Shown here piece after piece: positions 37,830-49,089 of a stretch of DNA of 64,000 bases; position 1 is the first letter of the stretch; every line of letters begins with the position of its first letter. The notes under the pieces were generated by a model. That model searched no databases. It was not told the origin of the DNA and worked only from the letters and a program-made list of their open reading frames with translations. The stretch spans positions 307,706,001-307,770,000 of the forward strand of contig OZ024740.1 in NCBI GenBank assembly GCA_964016885.1, written 5' to 3'. Made by a program: the position numbers and the translations under genes. The DNA comes from Eledone cirrhosa (lineage: Eukaryota).

Positions 37830-37872
37830 ACTTCAGACATGTTTCAGTCTTATTAAACCTTCTCAGGGAAGT
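37830..37872 (-). ncRNA. Minimal type I hammerhead ribozyme relic (Penelope-type)
   Basis: Minus: ACUUCC-CUGAGAA-GGUUU(AAUA)AGACU-GAAA-C-AU-GUC-UGAAGU; palindromic stem III ACAUGU; G8 replaced by A. Confidence 0.55.
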
Positions 37873-38433
37873 ATATCAAAATACTTGCTGAAGTCATAAT
37901 GAGAGAATCACTATCATGCATGAACAGTGTGAAAAATTAGGATATTACAAAAAAATATATAACTGGGGTAAAAAAATTCAGAGACACCTTCCACATAAAA
38001 ATAAAATAATAATGAATTAATCATTGGCCGATTTCATGCAGTGGACATCTAAAATCTAATTAGAAATACTATATAGTGAGGAAAACACAACTTTAGTTCA
38101 AAGACTAATATTACTTTAATAATTACAGCAGACAACTCTGAATATATTTCCATCTTATTAAATCTCTTTAATGAAGCACAGATTGAACCTAAAGGCTTGT
38201 GGTTGTGAAGCAAACTCCTTAACCACACAACCATGCCATTTTTGTATATATATATATATATATGTATGAATATATCATTTCATATGAATGAAACAGTTCT
38301 AGTCTTGTAGATTCATTTCTATATAAATAATAAAGATGTCTATACTCTACCAATGTATTGAGTACGTTTTTTTAACTGTGGTTAGCCCCACCCCTGGACA
38401 CTAACTTGAGAATCTTCATATTATATATATATA

Positions 38434-40203
38434 AAAAGGAGGCCTGGAAATGTCATTATGAGGGACGGATGAATGTGGAGAACAAATGGGAGAGAGAGAA
38501 ATTACCCTCAGTAGATCCGACAGAGGGACCAGCTATTGAGATTGACGAATATAGAGTCCAAGAGGCGATTAAGGAAATGAAAAATGGTAAGGCCGCTGGA
38601 CCGTCGGGGATAGTTGCTGAGATGCTAAAGGTGTCAGGGGATGTAGGCACCAAACTGGTTGCACGCATCATGATTCAGGCTATATATGGTGGTGTCATAC
38701 CCAAAGACTGGTGCAGCAGTATTCTCATAAATTGCTTCAAAGGTAAAGGGGGATGCTCTGGAGAGGAGCAATTATAGGGGCATAAAACTGATGGATCAGA
38801 TCATGAAAGTGGCAGAAAGGATATTAGCGCAACTAATTAAAGTAAGGGTAAAACTAGATGAGATGCAGTTTGGTTTAGTGCCTGGGAAAAGTACAACGGA
38901 TGCCCTCTTCTTAGTGAGACAATTACAAAAGAGGTTCTTAGAGAAGAATAAGCCACTATAATGAGCTTTTGTTGACCTAGAGAAGGCCTTTGATAGGGTA
39001 ACCCTATCTGTCATCTGGTGGTCTCTAAGAAGGCTGGGTGTTAAGGAATGAGGACAGTGCAAGCTTTGTACAGAGGTGCTGTCAGTAAAGTGAGGGTAGG
39101 AATGGAGTTTAGTGAGGAATTCCAGATACAAGTAGGAGTACATCAGAGTTTGGTCCTCAGCCCGTTCTTGTTCATTATAGTCATCCAAGCCATAATAGAG
39201 GAGTTTAAGACTGGCTGTCCATAGGAACTTCTCTATGCTGACAATCTGGTTCTTATAGCAGAATCAATAGAGGAGCTGGAGAATAGATTCTGGCTATGGA
39301 AACAGCAGTTGGAATCAAGAGGACTGAGAGTGAACCTAGCTAAGACAAAAGTGTTGAGTAGAAAAGAGGACAAAATTCTGATTCCATCAGGGAAATGGCC
39401 ATGTTCGATATGCAGAAAAGGAACTGGCATAAATTTTATAAAATGTACACAATGCAGATCTTGAGTACACAAGAGATGTAGTGGGATAGCAGGCAAACTA
39501 ACAGGTAGGGAGAAATACATATGCAGTAGATGTACAGGGAAATTTGACAGTAGAAGTCGCATTGATAGACACATTTTTCAAATGCAGGGGGGGGGGGGTT
39601 AGAAGTGGTTGATAGCTTTCGGTACCTAGGTGATCAGATTAGCATGGGAGGGGAGGAGAGTGTTCCGAGGCCATAGTATCTAGAATAAGGACGGGTTGGA
39701 AGAAGTTTAGGGAGCTACTTCCTCTACTGACGAAGAAGGGTTTCTCCCTGCGTAAGAAAGGCCGGTTATATGATGCCTGTGTGAGGTGCGCGATGCTACA
39801 TGGTAGTGAGACATGGGCAGCAACTGCAGAGGATATGCTACGACTGGAGAGAAATGAGGCAAGCATGCTCTGTTGGGTGTGCAATGTCAATATGTGTTGA
39901 GAGAGAAACTGTGTCTGAGAGGGATAAATTGTTTTGTGCGGGAGAGGAGACTGCGAAGGTATGGACATGTGATGTGCATGGAGGATGACCGATGGGTGAA
40001 GAAGTGCCAAGAAATGCCAGTTGAAGGAAGATGGAGTAGCGGAAGATCATGAAAATCATGGGCAGAGGTAGTGAGAGCAGACCTCAGATCGCTGAAGCTC
40101 ACGGTGGAGATGACAAAGGACCATGACAAGTGGAGAGATGCTGTGCTAAATAGGACCCGTCCCACCCTTGCAAGCAGGGAAAAGCGGACGTAAAATGATG
40201 ATA
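38434..40203 (+). mobile_element. RTE-clade LINE, 5'-truncated (RT, PHD-like finger, C-terminus, 3' tail)
   Basis: KNGKAAGPSGIVAEMLK, NYRGIKLM, QFGLVPGKSTTDA, AFVDLEKAFDRV, LLYADNLV, FRYLGD and HGSETWA motifs; (ATG)n tail; scattered stops and frameshifts. Confidence 0.95.
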
Positions 40204-40638
40204 TATATATATATATAGTGAGAGAGAGAGAATCTACATATTATATATATCATCATCATCATCGTTTAACGTTTATCTTCCATGCTAGCATGGGTTTAGA
40301 TGGGAATTGTCCCACTTGAGGCAAGATTGGTCATCTCGCTCGTATGGGAATGTCTGGCAGGTTTTCCATGGCTGGATGCCCTTCCTAACACCAACCACGT
40401 TTACAGTGTGGACTGGGAGGTTTCTACCGTGTTACCCACACAGCCACATTACAGTGTGGACTGTGTGTTTTTTTGTTGTGACACCTACATGACCTCATTT
40501 ATTTAGGACTGGATTTTGTGGTACCAACATAACTTTACAGAGAAAGGGGTAGTATTGATGAGGTGGGGAATTGGGGTAGTGGGAGGGGGTGTATATTTGA
40601 TTAAGAGGTGCCTACTGACTATAGGTTTTGCTTTGTAC

Positions 40639-41586
40639 TTAGGCAAGGCTGGTTTTCTGTATTACTGCATGGCACCAAAGGTCTCGGTCCAGTGACATTG
40701 TCTTGGAGAGGTGTAAGTATGTAAGGTCGGAATTTTTTAAATCGTCCCAGGTTTTTCTGGATCTGCCTACTCCATAACTTCCGTCAATTTTGATCGCCCT
40801 GCACTTTTTTATACAGCTGTTGTCTTTCATGCGCATCATGTGACCATACCAACATAGTCTTCTCTCGAGTAAACAGCATCTGATCCCTCTTATACCTAAT
40901 TTCTCACTTAGTTCATTTATGCTTTGCTGTTCACGTATATTACTATTACACATCCAGTGGAGCATGCATGCTTCGTTTCTCTCCAGTCTGCGCAGATCCT
41001 CTGCACACAATGCTCATGTCTCACTGCCATGTAACATAGCTGTTCGTATGCAGGCATCATACAGTCTGCCTTTCATTTTTAGAGTGAAACCTTTAGCGGC
41101 CAATAGTGGTATAAGCTCTGAACTTTTTCTATCCCATTCTGACTCTGGTTACTGTACTTTCTGAGCACCCTCCACCACTGCTGATTTTGTCACCCAGGTA
41201 ACGGAAGGTGTCCACTATTTCTATAGAGCTATCTGGGCAATAGAAGGAGCTAGAATCCTGTGGACGCTTGCTACTTATTGCACCTGAGCACCGGCCACAT
41301 ATAAAATCTACGTTCTTAGATAGCTTACCTGTGATCCCACTACATCTTTTATGCACCCATACTTGGGACATAAAATGGAATTTCTGCCTACTCCTTTCCT
41401 ACACACTGAGCATGGCCATTTTCCAGAGGGGACCTGTGCCCTATTTTCCTTCCTACATACTAGAACTTTAGTCTTAGACAAGTTAACTTTAAGGCCTTTT
41501 GATTCTAGGCCATGCTTCCATGTTTGGAATTTCTTCTCTAGTTCAGCCATCGATTCAGCTACGAGTGTTAGATCGTCTGCACAGAG
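40639..41586 (-). mobile_element. RTE-clade LINE 3' half, inverted
   Basis: Minus ORFs 41308-41550, 41129-41371 and 40639-41010: KHGLESKGLKVNLSKTKVL, WPCSVC..HKRC..CGRC, FRYLGD, RRLERNEACML, WYGHMMRM. Confidence 0.95.
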
Positions 41587-41621
41587 AAGATATATATATA
41601 TATAGAGAGAGAGAAATTACT

Positions 41622-41669
41622 TCTACAGGACTAGAACTGTTTCATTTGTATGAAATCATCAGGAAAGTA
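41622..41669 (-). ncRNA. Hammerhead-like motif in a short insert between TA/GA tracts
   Basis: Minus: CUGAUGA-UUUCAUACAAAU-GAAA-C-AGUUCUA-GUC; core boxes perfect, but stem II closing pair and stem I register are atypical; a 32/35-identical partial copy lies at 38277-38311(+). Confidence 0.35.
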
Positions 41670-41724
41670 TTGCGTACCTTTATATATATATATATATATA
41701 TATAGAAAGAGAGAGAGAGCGAGA

Positions 41725-43645
41725 GGGTGGTACATAGAATTTCTACTCAAGGAACAAACAAGTATCAAGATACAAATCTCAGGACTGCCACCCTCAATGT
41801 TGGCACCTGGAAAGGTAAATCAGGGGAAATTGTAGAGTTGTTAGAAAGGAGAGAAGTGGATATTTATTGTGTACAAGAGATGAGATATATGGGTGTCTCC
41901 TCGAGACTACTCACTAACAACATCGATGCAAACTTTAATTGGTAGGAAATGGCAATGGGGTAGGTGGTGTAGCCATCTTACTAACTGAGAAATGGATTGA
42001 TAAGGTGACAGAGGTAGTTAGAGCGACAGAATTATCAAGCTTAGAATAGCTGTAGGAAATAAAATGGTGACAATTACATCTACCTATGCACTGCAGGCAG
42101 GACTGAGTAAAGAACAAAAGGATAGATTCGATGAGGAACTTCTATAGAAAACTTCAGTTGGCAGGTGACTTCAATGGACATCTTGGACAGTACCAGGATA
42201 GATTTAGTGATGTTCAAGGTAGCTATTGTTATGGCAGAAGAAATGAAGTGGGAGTGAGGCTCCTGGAATTGATTTCTTACTTGTAAGACAATGAGATAGA
42301 ATACTAAGGCCTGGGGAAGAATGTGCAGCCTAACACAAGTTAGTTATTAGTGACATCAGAATAAACACAAGACAGAACAAGATGCGCAGAAAAATATGGA
42401 GATGGAGGGTTTGCAAACTAAAGGACCTTTCAGTTAAATACAGGTTTAGAAAGGCCCTATGGGATGCATTTGATGAGAGGGGTAACAAGTTCGAGACATA
42501 TAACATAGAGGACAATTGGAAGTTCATTTGTTGATCTGGAGATGGCTTTTCAAAGTCCCCTGTGCCATAATCTGGTGGGATCTAAGAAAATTAGGAGATG
42601 TGTGGCTTGTGAAGACTGTACAAGCCATGTATAGAGGAGCAGTCAGCAAAGTTAGGATTAACAATGACAATAGGGAAGAATTTAGTGTTCTTAACCCTCA
42701 CCTGTTTACTATTGTCCTGCAGGCTATAACAGAGGAGTTTAAGACTGGCTGCCCATGGAACCTCCTGTATGCAGATGATTTAACAGAATTAGAGACAAAA
42801 TTCCAAATATGGAAGCATGGCCTAGAATCAAAGGGTTTTAAAGTCAACCTGACAAAGACTAAGGTCCTAGTAAGCAGAAGGGAAACAGGGGTCTGATCCC
42901 ATCAGAGAAATAGCCTTGCTCAGTATGCAGGAAAGGAGTAGGTAGAGATTCCATCCTCTGCCCCAAATGCAAAATATGGGTACACAAGAGGTGTAGTAAG
43001 ATCTTAGGTAGCTTGGCTAAGAATGTAGGTTTTACATGTGGCCATTATGCCCACAGGAAACAAGCTCTATTAAATTCTTGGAGGGTTCCATAGAAGCAGC
43101 AGACTATCTGCGTAAACAAATCAGCAGTGGAGGTAGATGTTCCAAAAGTACAGTAGCCAGAGTGAGAACGGGATAGAAAAAGGTCAGGGAGCAATTACTG
43201 CTGCTAGTTATTAAAGGTTTTTCCCTAAAAAATAGGACAGATTGTAAAATGTATGTATACAACCAGCAATGTTGCATATTAGCATAGCCTGGGCACTATG
43301 TGCAGAGTATCTGCGAAGATTGGAAAGAAAAGAAGTGTGCATGCTTTGATGGACATGTAATAGTAATATACATGAATGGCAAAGTATAAATGAACTGAGA
43401 GAGAAACTGGGTATAAGAGGGATCAGATGCAGTGTGCAAGAGAGGAGATTGCATTGGCATGGACATGTGATACATGTGAAGGATGACAGCTGTATAAAAT
43501 GGTGCAGAGCACTCAAAGTTGATGGAACAATGGAGTGGGAAGACTTGGGATGAGGTGATAAAAGCTGACCTTGCACAATTGCACCTCTCAAAGGTGATGA
43601 CACAGGACCAAGATCTGGCGATATGCAGTAATACAGAAGACCCGC
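41725..43645 (+). mobile_element. RTE-clade LINE with EN, internally deleted
   Basis: TATLNVGTWKGKSGEIVELLERREVDIYCVQE, AGDFNGH, LLYADDL, PHD-like finger and C-terminal region. Confidence 0.9.
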
Positions 43646-44109
43646 CTTCCCCTGTGCACAGGTTGAAGCATATATCCAGTATACACCTTCACCTCCTTCA
43701 TCCTAATACTCCATCCATGCCCTAACACCCCACTCCTCACCCACATCCCTAGATCTACCTCCCCGATCCCCATGCATATCTCCCACCCACACGTTAAAGT
43801 GGTCATTTTGGTGCCATGACAAAAAGCTCCCAGCCCACACTGTTCAGTGGTCGTGTTGGTGACACGACAAAAAGCACTCAGCCTACACAGCAAAATGGTT
43901 GTGTAGGTGTCACGACAAAAATCACCCAGTACACATTGTAAATGTGGTTGGCGTTAGGAAGGGTATCAAGCCATAGAAACCAAGCCAGAATTATTTTTGT
44001 ATGAGCAAATCATGGTCACCTGATCTGTTTGTCTCACAATGGGACAACTCATCTATCCCATGGTAGTATGGAAAAATGGATGTTAAATGGTGATGATGAT
44101 GATGATAAC

Positions 44110-45268
44110 CTTTTGCAAACTACTACTTGTGGCTAGAATAAAGTACTAGCCAAGGTAGAGGGTGACTTGGTAGTGGAACAGCACAGTGGATAGAGTCATT
44201 AAAGTCATGAGATGTGTGGAAAGACTAGAAAAAATGGAGGTAGCAGAGACCAGTACCAGGTAGCTAAGCGATAAGCTATGCACAGCTCGGAGAGAGGCTG
44301 AAAAAAGAAAGTTTGGCAATGTCTTGAGATGTGTTCCAAATTGCAAGGCAGTGTGTCAGTGTGAATCAGGATGTTGTTGGGGAAAAGTGTGTTAGAAATG
44401 ACACTGGTGCACTTATCACCACTGAAACTCAAAAGAAAGAGGCCTGGAAATGTTACTGTGAGAGACTTATAAATGTAGAAAATGAATGGGTGGAAGAGAA
44501 ACTACCCCCAACCTACCCAACAGAAGGGCCAGCTATTGAAATTGACAGTTATATGGTCAAAGAAGCAATGAAGGAGATGAAGAATGGTAAAGCTGCGGGA
44601 CTGTCAGAGATAGTTGCTGGGATGCTAAAATACAGGACGGAATCATACCCAATGACTGACACAGCAGTACAATCATAAATTGCTACAAGGGCAAAGGTGA
44701 TGTTTTAGAAAGGAGAAGCTGTAGAGGAATAAAACTAATGGATCAAGTTATGAAAGTGATGGAAAGAGTTGTAGCACAGCTAATTAGGGAGAGAGTCAAA
44801 TTAGACAAGATGCAGTTCAGTTTCATACCTGGGAAAACTACTACTACAAATGTCCTTTTCTTAGTGAGACAACTTCAAGAGAAGTTAACCCGCTATATTT
44901 AGCATTTGTTGCTCTAGAAAAGGCTTTTGACAGAGTACCTTGATCTATTATCGGGTGGTCCTTAAGAAAAATAGGTGTAGAAGAATGGCTTTACAAAGAG
45001 AGGAGCTGTAAGTAAAGTGAAAACAGGAAGAGAGTTTAGAGAGAAATTTAAGGTATAGGCTCAGTTCTTAGCCCACTGCTGTTTCTACAGGCCATAACAG
45101 AGGAATTTAAAATTGGGTGACCATGCGAACTTCTTTATGAAAATGATTTGGTCACTTCTCTATGCAGATGATCTTGTCCTTCTAGCTGACTCCATAAAAG
45201 AACTAGAGAATAAGTTCTGACTATGGAAACAGTACTAGGAATCAAAAGGTCTGAGATTAAATTGATCT
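44110..45268 (+). mobile_element. RTE-clade LINE internal fragment
   Basis: ORF 44331-44678 (KKEAWKCYCERLINVENEW..KNGKAAG) and ALEKAFDRVP; ends just before a TA tract. Confidence 0.9.
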
Positions 45269-45306
45269 TCTTCAAAATACCACTCTTAAATATATATATA
45301 TATATA

Positions 45307-46199
45307 CAGGGTGAGGACGATATTTGTTCGCAATTTTCAACTGCTAATTTTATGCAAATCTTTTTTACTTCCATTGTCACTCTTGTCTTCATAAAAACAG
45401 TGACTATATTTCCATTATTTATTTTCAGAATAATTGATTATGAATAATTTCGAACCTCCAAATTTGTGGAAGAGACATGGAGTTCTTCTTGGAATCCGCG
45501 GCGGGAGGACAAATAATGGAAATTTCAGACTTTCTCAGCGTCAGCAAGAGGATGGTGTCTCATCCAAAGACGTTCCCAGAGTCATGCAGACAAAGTTTCC
45601 AGTGATAACATTGGTCTTAGGTATCGTCAGCAGTCAAGGTGACATCATGCCACCTCACTTCTTCCCTGAGGGCCTCAAGCGGAACACCGATGGCTACATC
45701 CGCGTTCTGAACAAGGTAGTAAAGCCCTGGATCGACCAGGTAGCTGCAGGTAGGCCGTACGTGTGGTAGCAAGACTCACCGCCCTGCCATACCAGCCGAA
45801 AGATCCAAGCCTGGCTGTCAGAGAACTTCGTCGACCACACTTCACCTGACATCTGGCCTCCCAGCTCGCCTGACTGCAACCCCCTCGACGTCTTTGTGCG
45901 GGGCGCAGTGGAACGAGACACCAACAGATCTAGCTGCAATACGAAAGATGATCTGAAGGCCAGGATCACAAATGCCTTTAGGGGCCTAAGTCGGGGGACA
46001 GTGACAAAAGCCTGTAGCCGGTTCCGAGGCCGCCTTGAGGCCGTCATCAAAGCCAATGGCGGGTTTATCGAGTGAGATCGATAGAACAAGTCATGAAGAC
46101 AAACTGACCCAAGTTTGATAAGTAAATCTTAAAAAATAAAACTACTGTGTTACTTTTTCCTAGACAGTAATCTTGCAAACAAATATCGTCCGCACCCTG
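45307..46199 (+). mobile_element. Tc1/mariner-superfamily DD37D (maT) transposon, internally deleted
   Basis: 27-bp TIRs CAGGGTG(A/C)GGACGATATTTGTT(C/T)GCAA flanked by TA; VW*QD...WPPSSPDCNPLD with exactly 37 residues between the last two Asp; ends LEAVIKANGGFIE*; first catalytic Asp region missing; premature TAG at 45767. Confidence 0.92.
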
Positions 46200-46298
46200 T
46201 ATATATATATATATATATAAAACAAAGGAATTGTGGTAAGGAACCAAATGGACCATAACGCACCAGAGTACTCAATACTTAGGGTAGTAGAGTGGGAA

Positions 46299-46413
46299 AT
46301 AGGAAAAGTATGACCCCAACGGCAGAGCTGAAGCCGTTTTGACGGCTATTTCTGGATGGAAATAGCCGTCGAAACGGCTTGAGCTCTGCCATCGGGGTCA
46401 TACTTTTTCCTAT
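46299..46413. repeat. ~54-bp-arm foldback hairpin (Penelope-like terminus)
   Basis: Arms 46299-46352 and 46359-46413, 6-nt loop TGGATG, 4 mismatches and 1 indel. Confidence 0.9.
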
Positions 46414-46423
46414 ATATATATAT

Positions 46424-48568
46424 AGGTTTAGAAAGGCCCTACAGGATGCATTTGATGAGAGGAGTGATGAGCAAGATACATATAATGTAGAGACAACTGG
46501 AAATTCTTGAGTGTCAACCATTTGCAAACTACTGATGAGACTTATGGCTTGAGTAAAGCACCTGAGGGGACCTGGTGGTGGAACAGCACAGTGGATAGAG
46601 TCATTAAAGCCAAGAGACAGGTATGGGAAGACTGGAAAAATGGGGGCAGTAGAGGCCGGTAATAGGTAGCTAAGAAAGAAGCTAGATGACATGTATACAC
46701 AGCTTGGATAGAGGCTGACAAAAGAACGTTTGCCAATACCTTAAGATGTGAGGATCAGAGACGTGAAGTGTTCCACATTGCAAGACAGTGTGTCTATAAA
46801 TTTGGATTTATTGTTGGGGAAAAGTGTGTTAGAAATGACACTAGTGCACTTAGCACCACTGATGCTCAAATGAAAAAGGTTTGGAAATGTTTCTATGAGA
46901 GACTGACGAATATAGAGAATGAACCTGAAAACGAGAAACCACCCACAATTTACCCATTAAAAGGACTAGTTACTGTAGTTGACAGTTATAAGGTAAAAGA
47001 AGCAACCATAGAGATGAAGAATGGTAAAGCTGCAGGACTCTCAGACATAGTTGCTAAGAGGCTAACAGCATCAGGCGAAGCAGGAGTCAAACTAGCAACC
47101 AGCATAATCAATCAGGTAATACAGGACAGTCACTCAATGACTGGTGCAGCAGTACAATCATAAATTGCTCTAGAAAGGAGCAAATATAGAGGATAAAACT
47201 AATGGACCAAGTTATGAAAGTGACAGAAAAAGTTATAGTGCAGTTAATTAATGAAATAGTCAAATTAGACAAGATGCAGTTTGGTTTCATGCCTAAGAAA
47301 AGTACTACAGATGTCTTCTTCATAGGAAGGCAACTACAAGAGAATTTCCTAGCCAAGAATAAGCCACTATAATTAGCTTTTGTTGATCTAGAAAAGGCCT
47401 TTGACAGAGTACCTTGATCTATTATCTGGTGGTCCTTAAGGAAATTAGGTGTATAAAAATGGCTTGTGAGAACAGAGCAAGTCATGTACAGAGGAACTGT
47501 CAGTAAAGTGAGAGTAGGAAGTAAGGAATTCAAGGTACAGGTAACAGCCCATCAAAATTCAGTCCTTAGTTCACTGATGTTCATCATAGTTCTCCAGGCC
47601 ATAACAGAGGAGTTTAAGACAGGCTGTCCATGGGAACTTCTTTACGAAAATGATTTGGTCTTTTTAGCTGAATCCATAAAAACATGGAAACAGAACTAGG
47701 AATCAAAAGGTTGGAGAATAAACTTAACGAAAACTAAAGTGTTAGTAAATAGGAAAGAAGACAGGACTTAGATTTCTTCAGGGAAGCGGCCCTGCTCAAT
47801 ATGTAGAAAAGGAGTGGGCATAAATTCTATATGAAGTACACAATGGAAATCTGGGATACACAAGAGAGATAGTTGGATATGAGGTAGACTAATAGGAAGG
47901 AATACTTGTATGTAGCAGGGGTAACTGAGGAGAAGAGCGTTAGTGATATAAGCCTTTTTCAATCACATGAAGGATCCATAAAAATGGTTAATAGCTTCTG
48001 CTATCTAGGTAACTTCATTAGCAGCAGAAGAGGGAGCTTTGAAAGAATAATAACTAGAATAAAGATGGGATGGAAGAAGTTTAGAGAGCTACTCCTATTG
48101 TTAACAAAAGGTTTCTCACTACAAACAAAAGGACAGCTGCATGATGCCTGTGTGCGAAGTGTGATGCGGCATAGTAGTGAAACACGGGCAGTGACTGTAG
48201 ATGAAATGTGTAGGCTAGAGAGAAATGAAGCAACTATGCTTCATTGAATGTACAATATACATGTGATGTGAGAGAAAGGCAGAGCCTGGATGAACTGCGG
48301 GAGAAACTACGTTCAAGAAGAATCCAAAGTGGTGTGTAAAATAGAAGACTGTGTTGGTATGGACATATGATGTCCATAGATGATGATTGGTGGGTGAAGA
48401 AGTGTTAGGAAATTCCAGTGGATGGAAGCCACAGTCGAGGTAGACCAAGGAAGACCTGGGCAGAGGTGGTGAGAGCTGATCTCAAAGAGGAGAGATTCTG
48501 TGCTGAAAAGGAATCCTCCGTCTCATGCAAGCGTGGAGAAACAGATGTAAAAACACTGCTGATGATGT
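46424..48568 (+). mobile_element. RTE-clade LINE, 5'-truncated, with 3' tail
   Basis: Colinear with the 38434 and 44110 copies (FVDLEKAFDRV, GCPWELLYENDLV, FCYLGN, GRPRKTWAEVVRADL); tail ends GATGTAAAAACACTGCTGATGATG. Confidence 0.93.
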
Positions 48569-48871
48569 TATCTATATACATACATATATATATATATATA
48601 TTGTTATACTTTGGGAGGGTCATGCTGCCAATCAAAATCACATGCACCAGTTGGGTTTCACTTCAATTTATTATCATAATTTCCCAGTCGGTTGGTTTAA
48701 TAACCAGGTGGTTGTTTAGTTGTTGATTGTTATCAAAGCCCTTTTGTCACACATTCTGTGACCTCCTCCCTTTTGTTGTTATTATGTCTCTCCTTTTGTT
48801 TTGTCTAGCATCATCTCGTTTTTGACAAAGTGTGTGTATGTGTGTATGTGTATATATATATATATATATAT

Positions 48872-49089
48872 AGAAAAAAAGATGAAATCGAAAATGCAAC
48901 TGGAGTCTTATTTTTATAAAAATATATATATTTATTTGGTTCCTTTACCGGAGAAAAACCACAGACCCCCATCTCAACTCTACTTTTGAAAAGCAGAAGA
49001 ACTGCGAAACCGGTAAAGGAACCAAATAAATATATATATTTTTATAAAAATAAGACTCCAGTTGCATTTTCGATTTCATCTTTTTTTCT
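48872..49089. repeat. Perfect 80-bp inverted repeat with 58-nt spacer
   Basis: 48872-48951 is the exact reverse complement of 49010-49089; inserted beside a TA tract. Confidence 0.97.
48981..49020 (+). ncRNA. Minimal type I hammerhead ribozyme, U3:A8 core variant
   Basis: UACUU-UUGAAAA-GCAG(AAGAA)CUGC-GAAA-C-CG-GUA-AAGGA; perfect stem II, palindromic ACCGGU stem III, GUA site after 49015; stem I short (3 bp, mismatch, 1 bp). Confidence 0.6.
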
